64,000 nt of DNA, taken from Armatimonadota bacterium. Its GTDB lineage: Bacteria; Armatimonadota; UBA5829; DTLH01. The stretch is taken from contig JBBRAE010000001.1 of NCBI GenBank assembly GCA_038207085.1, positions 1 to 64,000 on the forward strand, given 5' to 3'. The notes under the pieces were generated by a model, which searched no databases, had not been told where the DNA came from, and worked only from the letters and a program-made list of their open reading frames with translations. Of the stretch, positions 29,115 to 40,818 are shown piece after piece (the first letter of the stretch is position 1; the number at the start of each line of letters is the position of its first letter). The translations under genes and the position numbers were made by a program.

Positions 29115-30374
29115 TTACAGTTCCTCAGGACTCCCGATTCTGCCAAGCACCGCGCTGGCAGCAGCGATTGCCGGTCCTGCAAGATATACCTCGGACTTTA
29201 CGTGGCCCATTCGGCCCACGAAGTTGCGGTTGGTAGTTGCAATAGCGCGCTCGCCAGCAGCAAGAACGCCCATATGACCACCGAGGCACGGTCCGCATGT
29301 CGGTGTCGAAAACGCCGCGCCGGACTCGACGAACACTTCAGCGAGCCCTTCGCGAACAGCCTGCAGGTAGATCTCCTGCGTGCCCGGTATCACGATAAGG
29401 CGAACGTTGTTGTGTACCTGTCGGCCCCTCAGAATCCCAGCGGCCTCTCGAAGGTCTTCGATTCGACCGTTGGTGCACGAACCGATTACGGACTGATCGA
29501 TCACAACGTTCCCAACCTGGCTGATCGGCTTTGCGTTCTCAGGCAGGTGCGGGAAGCTGACCTGTGGCTCAAGCTTGCTGCAGTCGATCTCGATCACCTC
29601 GCGGTAAGTGGCGTCGGCGTCGCTCTCATAGATCTTGCTCGGACGTTTGCCGCGGCCGTTGACGTACTCCATAGTGATCTCGTCAGGCTGGATAATGCCG
29701 TTCTTGCCGCCGGCCTCGATTGCCATGTTGCACATTGTGAAGCGCCCGTGCATCGGAAGGCTCCTGATCGTCTCGCCGGTGAACTCCATCGTGGAATACA
29801 ACGCGCCGTCGACCCCGATCTTGCCGATCGCGTACAGAATCAAATCCTTGCCACCGACCCACTTCGGGAGTTCTCCGTAAAAGACGAACTTGATCGCCTC
29901 CGGCACTTTTAACCACACTTCACCGAGCGCGTACGCCGCGGCAAGGTCGGTGCTTCCGACTCCGGTCGAAAACGCGCCGAGTGCGCCGTAGGTGCACGTG
30001 TGCGAGTCAGCGCCGATGACAACGTCACCGGGGACAACAAGCCCTTGATCGGGAAGTAGCGTGTGCTCGATTCCCATACGTCCGACCTCAAAGAAGTGCG
30101 GAATCTTGTGCTTTCGCGCAAACTCACGCATAATCTTCACGAGCTCTGCGCTCTTGATGTCTTTGTTCGGGGTCGAGTGATCCGGCACGAGCGCGATCTT
30201 GTTGGGATCAAATACGCAAGGTGCGCCGGTCTTCTCGAACTCCTGAATTGCTATCGGCGCGGTAATGTCGTTGCCGAGGCACAGATCAATCTTTGCGCTG
30301 ATCAGCTCACCCGGCTCGACTACGGCCTTGCCGCAATGAGCGGCTAATATCTTCTGAGTTATGGTTTGGCCCAT
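29115..30374 (-). CDS. leuC: 3-isopropylmalate dehydratase large subunit
   Basis: [34 protein letters not shown]. Confidence 0.97.
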   Translation of the reverse strand: MGQTITQKILAAHCGKAVVEPGELISAKIDLCLGNDITAPIAIQEFEKTGAPCVFDPNKIALVPDHSTPNKDIKSAELVKIMREFARKHKIPHFFEVGRMGIEHTLLPDQGLVVPGDVVIGADSHTCTYGALGAFSTGVGSTDLAAAYALGEVWLKVPEAIKFVFYGELPKWVGGKDLILYAIGKIGVDGALYSTMEFTGETIRSLPMHGRFTMCNMAIEAGGKNGIIQPDEITMEYVNGRGKRPSKIYESDADATYREVIEIDCSKLEPQVSFPHLPENAKPISQVGNVVIDQSVIGSCTNGRIEDLREAAGILRGRQVHNNVRLIVIPGTQEIYLQAVREGLAEVFVESGAAFSTPTCGPCLGGHMGVLAAGERAIATTNRNFVGRMGHVKSEVYLAGPAIAAASAVLGRIGSPEEL

Positions 30375-30402
30375 TCGAAGTGCTATTCCTCCACCAAATA
30401 TA

Positions 30403-31959
30403 CTACAATTTAGCCTTGATCGGAGCCCCGTTCTTCATACGGCGGCTGCGGTAGTAAACGAGCTTGTTGATCGCCTGAAGATACGCCTTGGCGCTTGCCT
30501 CAACAATGTCGAGACTCGTCCCGCGACCAGTGAAAATGTTTCCATTATCCCCGAGTTTTACAGTGACATCGGCGAAAGCGTCAGTGCCGCCTGTTACCGC
30601 GTTCACGACGTAGTCGACGAGGTCGTGCTGAATGTCTACGAGCTTGTCTATCGCCTTGTAGACAGCATCGACCGAACCAACACCTATCGCACTATCAACG
30701 AGCTCCTTGGAGTCATCTGTGACGAGCTTCAAGGTCGCTGTCGGTATGCCGTCGAGGCTGGCGAATACGTTCATGCACTGGAGCTGATACTTTTCCGGCA
30801 CATTGTAGACCTCGCGAGACATAATCGCTTCGAGGTCCTCATCAAAAATCTCTTTCTTCTTGTCGGCGGTCTCTTTGAACTTCAGGAAAGCGCGGTCGAA
30901 CTCGTCTTTACCCACCTCGGTGTAGCCAAGCTCCTTCAGCCGCGCCTCAAATGCGTGGCGGCCGGAGTGCTTGCCGAGAACCAGTCGGCTTTCAGTGAGT
31001 CCAATCGACTCGGCGTCCATGATCTCATAGGTTCGTTTGTCCTGGATAACGCCGTGCTGATGAATCCCCGCTTCGTGAGCAAACGCGTTCGAGCCGACGA
31101 TAGCTTTGTTTGCCTGGACTCTCATACCAGTGATGTCGCTTATCATACGGCTGGAACGATATATCTCGGTCGTCCTGATGCCGGTGGTCTTGTTGAAGAG
31201 ATCCTTGCGTGTGGCAAGAGTCATAACGACCTCTTCAAGTGCGGCGTTTCCAGCGCGCTCGCCTATGCCGTTAATGGTGCACTCCACCTGACCTGCGCCT
31301 GCCCGCACAGCTGCGAGTGAGTTCGCAACGGCAAGGCCGAGGTCGTTGTGGCAGTGAACGCTGATCACAGCGTTTCGGATATCCCGAACGCGCCTGCGAA
31401 GCGTCCAGATCAGCTTGCCGTATTCTTCAGGTGTCGTGTAGCCGACAGTATCTGGAATGTTGACGGTCGTTGCGCCAGCTTCGATCACGGCTTCGATGAC
31501 CTGGCAGAGGTAGTCGACGTCACTTCGGGTAGCGTCTTCAGCCGAAAACTCAACGTCGTCACAGTAGCCTTTGGCGCGCTTGACGGCGGCGACGGCGGCT
31601 TCGAGCACCTGCTCGCGGGTCTTCTTGAGCTTTCGCTCAAGGTGAATATCGGAGGTAGCGATGAACGTATGGATGCGCGGCTTCTTGGCGAACTGAAGCG
31701 CTTCCCAGGCACGGTCGATGTCCTCGTTAACCGCGCGGCACAGACCGGCGATCGTGGGGCCTTTGACCTTCTGAGCGATGAGCTTAACAGACTCGAAGTC
31801 GCCAGGTGAGGAGATCGGGAAACCGGCCTCGATCACATCGACCTTCAGCCGAGCAAGCTGCCGGGCGGCCTCCAGTTTCTCCTGGATGTTCATACTTGCG
31901 CCGGGAGACTGCTCCCCGTCGCGAAGTGTGGTATCAAAAATCTTGATTCGTTTCGGCAT
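30403..31959 (-). CDS. leuA: 2-isopropylmalate synthase
   Basis: [31 protein letters not shown]. Confidence 0.97.
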   Translation of the reverse strand: MPKRIKIFDTTLRDGEQSPGASMNIQEKLEAARQLARLKVDVIEAGFPISSPGDFESVKLIAQKVKGPTIAGLCRAVNEDIDRAWEALQFAKKPRIHTFIATSDIHLERKLKKTREQVLEAAVAAVKRAKGYCDDVEFSAEDATRSDVDYLCQVIEAVIEAGATTVNIPDTVGYTTPEEYGKLIWTLRRRVRDIRNAVISVHCHNDLGLAVANSLAAVRAGAGQVECTINGIGERAGNAALEEVVMTLATRKDLFNKTTGIRTTEIYRSSRMISDITGMRVQANKAIVGSNAFAHEAGIHQHGVIQDKRTYEIMDAESIGLTESRLVLGKHSGRHAFEARLKELGYTEVGKDEFDRAFLKFKETADKKKEIFDEDLEAIMSREVYNVPEKYQLQCMNVFASLDGIPTATLKLVTDDSKELVDSAIGVGSVDAVYKAIDKLVDIQHDLVDYVVNAVTGGTDAFADVTVKLGDNGNIFTGRGTSLDIVEASAKAYLQAINKLVYYRSRRMKNGAPIKAKL

Positions 31960-31989
31960 CGGTTACCTCCTTGTTCCAGTCGTTAGGTC

Positions 31990-32020
31990 AGTCGCAGGGC
32001 AGCATAACTGCCCTGCGACC
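31990..32020. repeat. Perfect hairpin GTCGCAGGGCAG/CTGCCCTGCGAC between ilvC and leuA
   Basis: 12-bp inverted repeat with no clear U-tract in the operon direction. Confidence 0.6.
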
Positions 32021-32036
32021 AAATAATACCTTTGAC

Positions 32037-33393
<1,357 letters not shown>

Positions 33394-33415
33394 GGCATTC
33401 ACCTCTAGTGTTGGG

Positions 33416-33916
33416 CTAAGGCGTTCTCGCGCCTCTGCCCATAGCGATCTTGCCCGTTCGGACCATCTCCTGGATTCCGTAGGGCGAAAGCAGGTTCTCA
33501 AGTGCGTCCACCTTCGCGCCGCTTCCGGTCACTTCAACGGTGAAAGTCTTGTCGCTGATGTCAATGATCTTCGCGCGGAAGACATCGACCACCTGCATTA
33601 TCTCAGAGCGGTTCTTGTTATCTGCGTTCAGCTTGATCATAGCAAGCTCGCGCTCGACAAAGATCATGTCCGTGTAGTCGATGACCTTGATCACTTCGAT
33701 CAGCTTGTTCAGCTGCTTGGTGATCTGTTCAAGCACCTTGTCATCTCCCGTTACGACGATGGTCATGCGCGATACTGACGGGTCATCGGTGATGCTTACC
33801 GCGAGCGACTCGATGTTGAACCCTCTGCGTGCGAAAAGCCCCGAAACTCGGGCAAGAACGCCGGGTCGGTTCTCAACGAGCGCCGTTATCGTGTGTTGCA
33901 TAGTCTGCTTTGACAT
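33416..33916 (-). CDS. ilvN: Acetolactate synthase small subunit
   Basis: ENRPGVLARVSGLFARRGFNIESL ACT domain. Confidence 0.97.
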   Translation of the reverse strand: MSKQTMQHTITALVENRPGVLARVSGLFARRGFNIESLAVSITDDPSVSRMTIVVTGDDKVLEQITKQLNKLIEVIKVIDYTDMIFVERELAMIKLNADNKNRSEIMQVVDVFRAKIIDISDKTFTVEVTGSGAKVDALENLLSPYGIQEMVRTGKIAMGRGARTP

Positions 33917-35604
33917 TATTTGCCCTCACGTCTGCCGGGGACCATCATCTCTTCGACGCTCTGTCCGGCTGGGATCATTGGGTATACGTTCTCTTCCCGT
34001 GCTATTCGGAAATCAAGAATTGTAGGCCTGTCAGTTACGTTCATTGCCTTGTCAAGCGCATCTCTGACGTCCTCGGCTCGGTCAACTCTTATGCCTACGC
34101 AGTGGTAGGCCTCCGCAAGCTTGACGAAGTCAGGCTGCGCGGTAATATCGACGCCTGAATATCGGCCATTCCAGAACAGCTCCTGCCACTGCCGGACCAT
34201 ACCCAGATATTGGTTGTTCATGATCGCGATCTTGATCGGCAGCTTGTGCACCATCGCCGGAATCAGTTCCTGGATGTTCATCTGGATGCTGCCGTCGCCC
34301 GCGATGTCGAACACGGCCCTGTCCGGCTGTGCTATCTGAGCGCCAATCGCCGCCGGCATACCGAACCCCATAGTGCCGAGTCCGCCGGAGCTTATGAACT
34401 GCCTGGCATACTTGCACTTGAAGAACTGAGCCGCCCACATCTGGTGCTGCCCGACTTCGGTTACGCAGATGGCGTCGCCGTTGGTGATTTCTGAAATCTG
34501 CTCGATGATATACTGCGGGTAGAGGCCGCCGTCATCGGGGTAGTGGAGCGGGAACTTATTTCTCCATTCCATTACCTGCCGGTTCCATTCGGTCTCTTGT
34601 CTTGGCTGAACGTGCTTCAGAAGCTCAGAGAGGACGCTCTTGCAGTCGCCAACGATCGGGATATCGACGCGAACGGTCTTGCCGATCTCGGCAGGGTCGA
34701 CGTCAATATGAATGATCTTGGCCTTCTTTGCAAACGCTTCGAGCTTGCCTGTGACGCGGTCATCGAACCTCGCGCCGACCGCGATCAACAGGTCGCAGTT
34801 GGCTACAGCGTGGTTCGCATAGGCGGTGCCGTGCATCCCGAGCATTCCAAGAGAGTGGGGGTGCATCTCAGAGATCGCGCCCTTGCCAAGAAGAGTCGTC
34901 GCCACAAGAATATGTGTGCGCTCCGAGAGTTCAAGAATCTCAGCGCTCGCGTTTGCCGAAATTACACCGCCTCCGACGTAGAGCACGGGTCTCTCAGCTG
35001 CGGCGATAGCCTTGGCGGCTTTCGCGATCTGTAGAGGGTGCCCCGCAACCGTAGGTTTGTAAGATCGAAGATCAACCGAGTCAACCGGCTTGTAGTCCAG
35101 CGTTCCGAGCGACACGTCCATCGGGATGTCGATCAACACAGGGCCGGGCCTGCCGGTGCTCGCGATATGGAACGCTTCGGCGATGACCTGAGGTATCTCA
35201 TCAGCTCGCTTGATGAGGTAGTTGTGTTTGGTGATCGGCATTGTGATGCCGGTTATATCGGCCTCCTGAAAGGAGTCCTTGCCAAGCGCAGTCGTTTTCA
35301 CCTGGCCGGTGATGGCTACCATCGGAACCGAGTCCATGTATGCGTTTGCGATGCCGGTGACGAGGTTCGTCGCGCCGGGTCCTGAGGTCGCAAAACACAC
35401 ACCGACCTTGCCTGAGGCGCGAGCGTAACCGTCAGCGGCATGCGCGCCGCCCTGCTCGTGCCGCATCAGCATGTGCTTGAGGTCTTTACAGTCGTAGAGC
35501 GCATCATAGATAGGAATCATAACGCCCCCGGGGATCCCGAAGATGTTCTCCACACCCTGATGGCAGAGCGACTTTATTAGTGCCTGGGCACCGTTGATCT
35601 TCAC
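33916..35604 (-). CDS. ilvB: Acetolactate synthase large subunit (operon copy)
   Basis: RHEQG, GDGSIQMN, NNQYLGMVRQWQ. Confidence 0.97.
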   Translation of the reverse strand: MKINGAQALIKSLCHQGVENIFGIPGGVMIPIYDALYDCKDLKHMLMRHEQGGAHAADGYARASGKVGVCFATSGPGATNLVTGIANAYMDSVPMVAITGQVKTTALGKDSFQEADITGITMPITKHNYLIKRADEIPQVIAEAFHIASTGRPGPVLIDIPMDVSLGTLDYKPVDSVDLRSYKPTVAGHPLQIAKAAKAIAAAERPVLYVGGGVISANASAEILELSERTHILVATTLLGKGAISEMHPHSLGMLGMHGTAYANHAVANCDLLIAVGARFDDRVTGKLEAFAKKAKIIHIDVDPAEIGKTVRVDIPIVGDCKSVLSELLKHVQPRQETEWNRQVMEWRNKFPLHYPDDGGLYPQYIIEQISEITNGDAICVTEVGQHQMWAAQFFKCKYARQFISSGGLGTMGFGMPAAIGAQIAQPDRAVFDIAGDGSIQMNIQELIPAMVHKLPIKIAIMNNQYLGMVRQWQELFWNGRYSGVDITAQPDFVKLAEAYHCVGIRVDRAEDVRDALDKAMNVTDRPTILDFRIAREENVYPMIPAGQSVEEMMVPGRREGK

Positions 35605-35651
35605 TTACAACTCCTTGGTTAGGTAACAGATAACAGGAACTGGTTCCTGAG

Positions 35652-37328
35652 TTACTTTACAACAGCTCCGGTGTTGGCCGATGACACGAGCCTCGCGTAT
35701 CTTGCAAGGTAGCCGGTCTTGACTGTAGGCTCTGGGGCTGTCCATTCGGCCCTGCGCGCGGCAAGCTCATCGTCCGAGAGGTCTACATTGATCTTCCGAG
35801 CAGGCATATCGATATTTATGATATCGCCTTCCTTGAGAAGACCGATCGGGCCTCCGTTGGCAGCTTCGGGTGAGACGTGGCCGATACTTGCGCCGCGGCT
35901 TGCTCCGGAGAATCTACCATCGGTGATAAGCGCAACGTCTTTTGCCATGCCAAGACCTGCGACGGTCGCGGTCGGCATAAGCATCTCGCGCATGCCGGGT
36001 CCGCCCTTCGGCCCTTCGTTTCGGATGACTATCACGTCGCCTTTGTTTATCTGCCTGGAAGTAAGTGCGGCGATTGCGGCGTCCTCACATTCAAAAACCC
36101 TGGCTGGGCCAGAGAAGACCCACGCTTCGGGATCTACCGCGGACTGTTTGACGACGGCTCCATCGGGTGCAAGGTTGCCAAAGAGCACCGCAAGCCCACC
36201 GGTTTCGTGATAAGGCTTCTCGTCACGAACAACATCGGGCCGCCTGTTGACGACACCTGCAATGTTCTCCCCAACGGTCTTGCCGGTTACAGTCATAACC
36301 GACTGTTCGATCATGCCGCGCTTGGCAAGCGCCGATATAACTACCGATACGCCTCCGGCTTCCTCTAAGTCCTGCATATGGAACCGCAGGCCTGTTTCGG
36401 CGTCGGCAATAGCGGGGCTTAGCGTCACCATATGCGGTGTGCTAGCAGAAATCTTGTTCAAGTCGTCGAGATTCATCTCAACCCCTGCTTCGTATGCGAT
36501 TGCAGGAACGTGAAGCACGGTGTTGGTGGAGCATCCCAGCGCCATATCTACGGTGAGAGCGTTCTGGAAAGCACTCGCGGTCATGATATCCCGCGCCTTG
36601 ATGTCTTTCTCCAGAAGCTCCATCACCTTCATACCTGCGGCTTTGGCGAGCCTGATTCTCGCTGCGTGAACGGCGGGAATAGTGCCGTTGCCGGGTAGCC
36701 CCATGCCGAGCGCTTCGGTCAGGCAGTTCATGGAGTTGGCGGTGAACATACCCGCGCACGATCCGCAACCGGGACAGGCCGACTCTTCCATATCGTGGAG
36801 TTCGTCTTCGCTGATCTTGCCCGAAAGCACAGCGCCCGCGCCCTCAAACATCTGAGTGACTGAGATATCCTGGCCTTTATAGCGACCGGCCATCATCGGG
36901 CCGCCGCTAATGACGATCGTCGGCAGGTTGAGCCTCGCCGCCGCCATCAGCATTCCCGGGATGATCTTGTCGCAGTTCGGGATGAGGACGAGCGCGTCAA
37001 ACGCGTGCGCCATCGCCATGATCTCGATACTGTCGGCGATCAACTCGCGGCTGGCAAGAGAATACTTCATGCCGACGTGGCCCATAGCGATGCCGTCGCA
37101 AACGCCGATGGTATTGAACTCGATCGGTGTGCCACCGGCGATTCTGACTCCGGTCTTAACGGCCTGAGCGATGCGCCCGAGGTCAGCGTGCCCCGGAACG
37201 ATCTCGTTTGCCGAGTTAGCGATACCAATCAATGGTCTTTTCAGCTCTTCATCGGTGTAGCCCATAGCCTTGAACAGCGCACGGTGCGCAGCTCTCTCCA
37301 AGCCATTTTTGACGACGTCACTCCTCAA
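35652..37328 (-). CDS. ilvD: Dihydroxy-acid dehydratase
   Basis: [32 protein letters not shown]. Confidence 0.97.
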   Translation of the reverse strand: MRSDVVKNGLERAAHRALFKAMGYTDEELKRPLIGIANSANEIVPGHADLGRIAQAVKTGVRIAGGTPIEFNTIGVCDGIAMGHVGMKYSLASRELIADSIEIMAMAHAFDALVLIPNCDKIIPGMLMAAARLNLPTIVISGGPMMAGRYKGQDISVTQMFEGAGAVLSGKISEDELHDMEESACPGCGSCAGMFTANSMNCLTEALGMGLPGNGTIPAVHAARIRLAKAAGMKVMELLEKDIKARDIMTASAFQNALTVDMALGCSTNTVLHVPAIAYEAGVEMNLDDLNKISASTPHMVTLSPAIADAETGLRFHMQDLEEAGGVSVVISALAKRGMIEQSVMTVTGKTVGENIAGVVNRRPDVVRDEKPYHETGGLAVLFGNLAPDGAVVKQSAVDPEAWVFSGPARVFECEDAAIAALTSRQINKGDVIVIRNEGPKGGPGMREMLMPTATVAGLGMAKDVALITDGRFSGASRGASIGHVSPEAANGGPIGLLKEGDIINIDMPARKINVDLSDDELAARRAEWTAPEPTVKTGYLARYARLVSSANTGAVVK

Positions 37329-37374
37329 ATCAATGCCTCCTGAAAAAATCGTTCCTAAGCACGAATCCTAAATA

Positions 37375-37645
37375 ACAAAATAACCCCTCATCCGTATAAC
37401 GGGACGAGAGGTTTTACTCACGCGGTACCACCCGAATTAGCCCAGCGGCACTGCGCGCATAGACTCACTCTTTTGGCGCGATAACGGCCGCCAGCCGGGA
37501 CCACCTACTGCGCGCGGAACAACAATTTCCGGCTTTTCAGCGTCCAGCTCCGAGGTGAGCTTCGAAAGCAGTCCGCGCACCGCGTCTCAGCCGCTGCGGT
37601 TCTCTGTAACGCCCCTGGCTGCTTCTACTGTCCTCTTCATCGCCT
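37375..37645 (-). promoter_or_regulatory. T-box riboswitch, specifier CUC (Leu), with terminator
   Basis: AGTA, AGAGA, GCTGAGA, GAA-G-CTC-A (CTC at 37557-37559), GGGTGGTACCGCG at 37421-37433, terminator plus U-tract. Confidence 0.92.
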
Positions 37646-37665
37646 TTTCACTATACAGTTGAACT

Positions 37666-37695
37666 ATGATAACACGCCAGGAAACCCCTCGTCAA
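37666..37695 (-). promoter_or_regulatory. Sigma70-type promoter TTGACG-N18-TATCAT of the ilv-leu operon
   Basis: Direct motif match with TGn. Confidence 0.7.
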
Positions 37696-37730
37696 TAGTG
37701 AGAGCGTCCACTTTTAAAGAATGATAAGGA

Positions 37731-39629
37731 TCATTGAAACGAAAGGGTCGCGAAGCGCTCCGGGCGGTGAAAACTGCCATAAGGAACGGACCACGCCAGA
37801 TACTCGACTCTTCCCGTCGTCCACCTGTTCCGGGTGAAGTTTGCAAACCACTTGTCGCCGGGTTTGGGCGCTGTGACGCCGAGAGACGCAAACGGGATCG
37901 CCGCTTCGAGCACCCATCCGCCTGAGTTCTGGGTTGACGCAGTTGTCCAGTCGGGGTTGACGCTCGTGTTGTTGACCTTGGCGTCGAATCGTGCGCCGAG
38001 GGTGTTCGACGATAGCTGGAAATACTCGTGTCGCTTGGCCCAGGGGTCAAGGAAGAGCTCGGCGCTGTCGTCGTAAAACGCCGGCCCGTCGCGCTTGGTG
38101 ACGATTGCCTTGAGTCTCGCCATATCCGGCTCAGATGCTATGTAGACGACATAGAGGCTAGTGTCGTCATAAGCGACTCTTACTTCCGTTGCGACCGGTG
38201 CGGTCTGGCCCATCGCTGTGTAGGAGATCTGCACGCTGGAAGCTGTCAACCACGCGGGGTCGTCGAGTTTGCCGTCGATTACAGGTGCGATCGTTGTTTT
38301 AGCTACAGTCGCCGTTGGCAGCGGCAACACATTGGTTGGGATGACCAGCGGCGGAGGAATCGGTGCTATATAGCCGACAGGCGTTGCACGATACGCAATG
38401 TAGCCGAGCAGCCGCTCTGCGTCATTCAGATAACTAGCCGCAAGCGCAGGGTTCTTCTTAAGATCCTTGTTTGCAAGTTCGAGCAGCGTCTGGACACGCT
38501 GTCCGGGCTTTCTGAAGGGAATCTCAGCGCTGGCTGGATACGGCCCGGAGGAGAGCGCCGTCTGCCATGGCTCTTTGAAGTATACTGAGGCGAAAAGTGT
38601 TGCCCCGTCAGTGTTCATACTGCGGGTGATCTCGATCTGCTCAAGCATTGGGTCTACAGTCTTTTGCGTGTGAAGCCCGATGCCGGGCAGCAGAATCGTG
38701 CGTTCGTCAACGGAGATCTTCTCGCTTGCGACCATCTTTCGGAAATTGTCGGCATCGGCGGTGTAGGCCATGGGTGTGAGAAAGTCGACCCACTTGTTGT
38801 TGACCCAGTGGGGCCAGTTCTGAAGCAGACTCACTCGTGCCGCATCCGGCATTGAGCCTACGGAGGCCGATATCTTGACCTCTGGCCTGATCGCTTTTGC
38901 CTCTCTCGTGAGCTGCTGAACAAACGTGTTGACGAGGTCTTCCCTCCACATGTGCCAATCTACCTCTGCCGGAGATATCGGGTCGATGGTGATCGGGTCG
39001 ATGCCGGACGTGGATTTGTATTTCTCCCTGCAACTGTCGTTATAGCAGTAAGACGTAGGGAACTGGTTCTCAAAGCGTATATAGTCGAGGTTGAGTCCAT
39101 CTACATCGTAGTTCGTGACGATCTCTTTGAACATAGAGAGAAGATACCGGCGCGCCTCAGGGATAGACGGGCAGACCCACAGTCCGCCGTTGGCTGAAAG
39201 TGTCTCTCCCCATTTGTTGACCGCCATCCACTCAGGGTGCTTGGTGAAGATAGGCCCCTTGTTCTGCGCGTAGCCCTGCCTGAATACCCACACCCAGGAA
39301 TGTACCTCCATCCCACGCTTGTGGGCCTCGCGGATCATGGCGGCGAGGGGGTCGTACCCCACGAACTTAGGGTCCTGTTCGTCAAGCTTGCTCGGGTAGA
39401 TCGTGTATCCCCTGCGAACTGTTTCAGGGATAAGTATGTTCAAGTTGGCGTGGGCAAAGCTGTCCACAAATGCCGACATGTCAGTGTCGTTTGTGGGAAT
39501 CGAGTTTGCATCGATCCATATCGCGCGGCCCTCAACTGGCTTTACAACAGGCGAGGCTCCAGCGAAGGCGGTTAGTATTGTCACTATCAGTACGCTCAGT
39601 ATGTATCTCAGAACAGTCTCCTCCGGCAT
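37731..39629 (-). CDS. Secreted GHL10 (DUF187) glycoside hydrolase-like protein with a CBM9-like C-terminal domain
   Basis: Signal peptide, RAIW, AHKRGMEVHSW, YDVDGLNLDYIR, PMAY; IDGKLDDPAW...YDDSAELFLDP. Confidence 0.85.
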   Translation of the reverse strand: MPEETVLRYILSVLIVTILTAFAGASPVVKPVEGRAIWIDANSIPTNDTDMSAFVDSFAHANLNILIPETVRRGYTIYPSKLDEQDPKFVGYDPLAAMIREAHKRGMEVHSWVWVFRQGYAQNKGPIFTKHPEWMAVNKWGETLSANGGLWVCPSIPEARRYLLSMFKEIVTNYDVDGLNLDYIRFENQFPTSYCYNDSCREKYKSTSGIDPITIDPISPAEVDWHMWREDLVNTFVQQLTREAKAIRPEVKISASVGSMPDAARVSLLQNWPHWVNNKWVDFLTPMAYTADADNFRKMVASEKISVDERTILLPGIGLHTQKTVDPMLEQIEITRSMNTDGATLFASVYFKEPWQTALSSGPYPASAEIPFRKPGQRVQTLLELANKDLKKNPALAASYLNDAERLLGYIAYRATPVGYIAPIPPPLVIPTNVLPLPTATVAKTTIAPVIDGKLDDPAWLTASSVQISYTAMGQTAPVATEVRVAYDDTSLYVVYIASEPDMARLKAIVTKRDGPAFYDDSAELFLDPWAKRHEYFQLSSNTLGARFDAKVNNTSVNPDWTTASTQNSGGWVLEAAIPFASLGVTAPKPGDKWFANFTRNRWTTGRVEYLAWSVPYGSFHRPERFATLSFQ

Positions 39630-39808
39630 TACCCAGGTATTCTCTACAGTATTATACGACAATCGGTATTCCAATCTCGCAATTTGGCTCCACTTATGGA
39701 AACTATTCTACGTATATGGCCCGCCTTCCTCCACGCCTGTGGATTCGTCGGGCAAAATGGACTTACCCAGCGGGCTCGGTTAACCCACGCGCCGCAACGG
39801 AGGAGTGT

Positions 39809-40702
39809 ATGAGAAGATTTCTGGTATTTGTGATTGTTTCAGTGTGCTTGCTAAGTGGAGACGCAGCAATTGCGAAATCCGTTCAGCTTAGGTTCAAGCA
39901 TGCGGCTGGGCAGATCGATAGATACAAGATACTGATGGAAGTCAACGTAGTTGTGCCGAACATGCCACAGCTTCCCTGTGGGCCACTGAACATGAAGATG
40001 GGCTTTGTCTGGACGCAAAAGGTTCTCGGCATCCTCCCTGACGGCTCCGCCAAAGTCAGGTTCACCTATCAGGATATGAAGCTTGTCGCGTCAGAGAGAA
40101 CCCTTGAGTTCACCAAGAATCATTTAAATGATATGGCTTGGACCGCTATTATTGATCGCGAGGGCAATGTAACGAAAGTTCAGCGAGCAGGAGGCGCGGG
40201 GGTGCACACAGGAAAACAAAACGAAGTAGGGGACGGACTGTGGCTGCTCATTGGTGGGTGCTTTCCAAGAGAATCGATGGAGGTCGGAGACTGTTGGGAC
40301 GCGAACTATCCGATGCCCTGGAAGTCCGGCGAGATCCGAACGGTCTCTCGTCTTGATGCTGCAGCTGTTACGAGGGGCAAGTTCGTCGTTTCAAAAATTA
40401 CACAGTCCACGAGCGGACAACTTGATATCAGCAAGGTACTGGTCGGCCTGGCACAGTTATCTCCCAAGTTTGCAGCGCGCGACCGAGATATGCTGAAGGA
40501 TTTCTCTCAGATAAAGGGTGCAGTGTCCGTGAACGGGTCATCCACACTCTACTTCGCACCTGAACAGGGGCGGATTGTGCAAGCTGACGGCGTGTGCAAC
40601 ATGGCTATGAGAATGACGATGCCGCAATCTATGATAGCGCAGGGAGCGCCGAGCGAGGTTATCGCCAACATGGATGTCAGAGCGCAGATGGTGCGCCTCT
40701 AG
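39809..40702 (+). CDS. Secreted beta-rich hypothetical protein
   Basis: GGAGGAG RBS, signal peptide MRRFLVFVIVSVCLLSGDAAIA, EVGDCW motif. Confidence 0.75.
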   Translation: MRRFLVFVIVSVCLLSGDAAIAKSVQLRFKHAAGQIDRYKILMEVNVVVPNMPQLPCGPLNMKMGFVWTQKVLGILPDGSAKVRFTYQDMKLVASERTLEFTKNHLNDMAWTAIIDREGNVTKVQRAGGAGVHTGKQNEVGDGLWLLIGGCFPRESMEVGDCWDANYPMPWKSGEIRTVSRLDAAAVTRGKFVVSKITQSTSGQLDISKVLVGLAQLSPKFAARDRDMLKDFSQIKGAVSVNGSSTLYFAPEQGRIVQADGVCNMAMRMTMPQSMIAQGAPSEVIANMDVRAQMVRL

Positions 40703-40818
40703 CATTTTCGAGGTGTCTAATACCAGTTTTGCCTCCAATAGCTAGAGTCTGGGGCAGGCGACACCGATACTTAGACTGAGGCGGGACATGTTCGCCTGGA
40801 GTTCGCTGTGCCGTTGCA

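Noticed and set aside
30361..31320. Long antisense ORFs (also 12491..13342, 28998..29912, 57327..58124 and others)
   Set aside because: They are shadows of well-supported genes on the opposite strand in GC-rich DNA.
39470..39808. N-terminal extension of the 410-aa ORF
   Set aside because: It overlaps the divergent gene; the RBS and signal peptide point to ATG 39809.
40743..40770. FliA/WhiG-like promoter TAGA-N16-ACCGATAC
   Set aside because: It has three mismatches to consensus and no convincing second example, so it is too weak to call.
39680..40818. c-di-GMP riboswitch in leaders near the GGDEF/HD-GYP gene
   Set aside because: Only a lone GGGCAAA is present; the GEMM P1/P2 architecture was not found.
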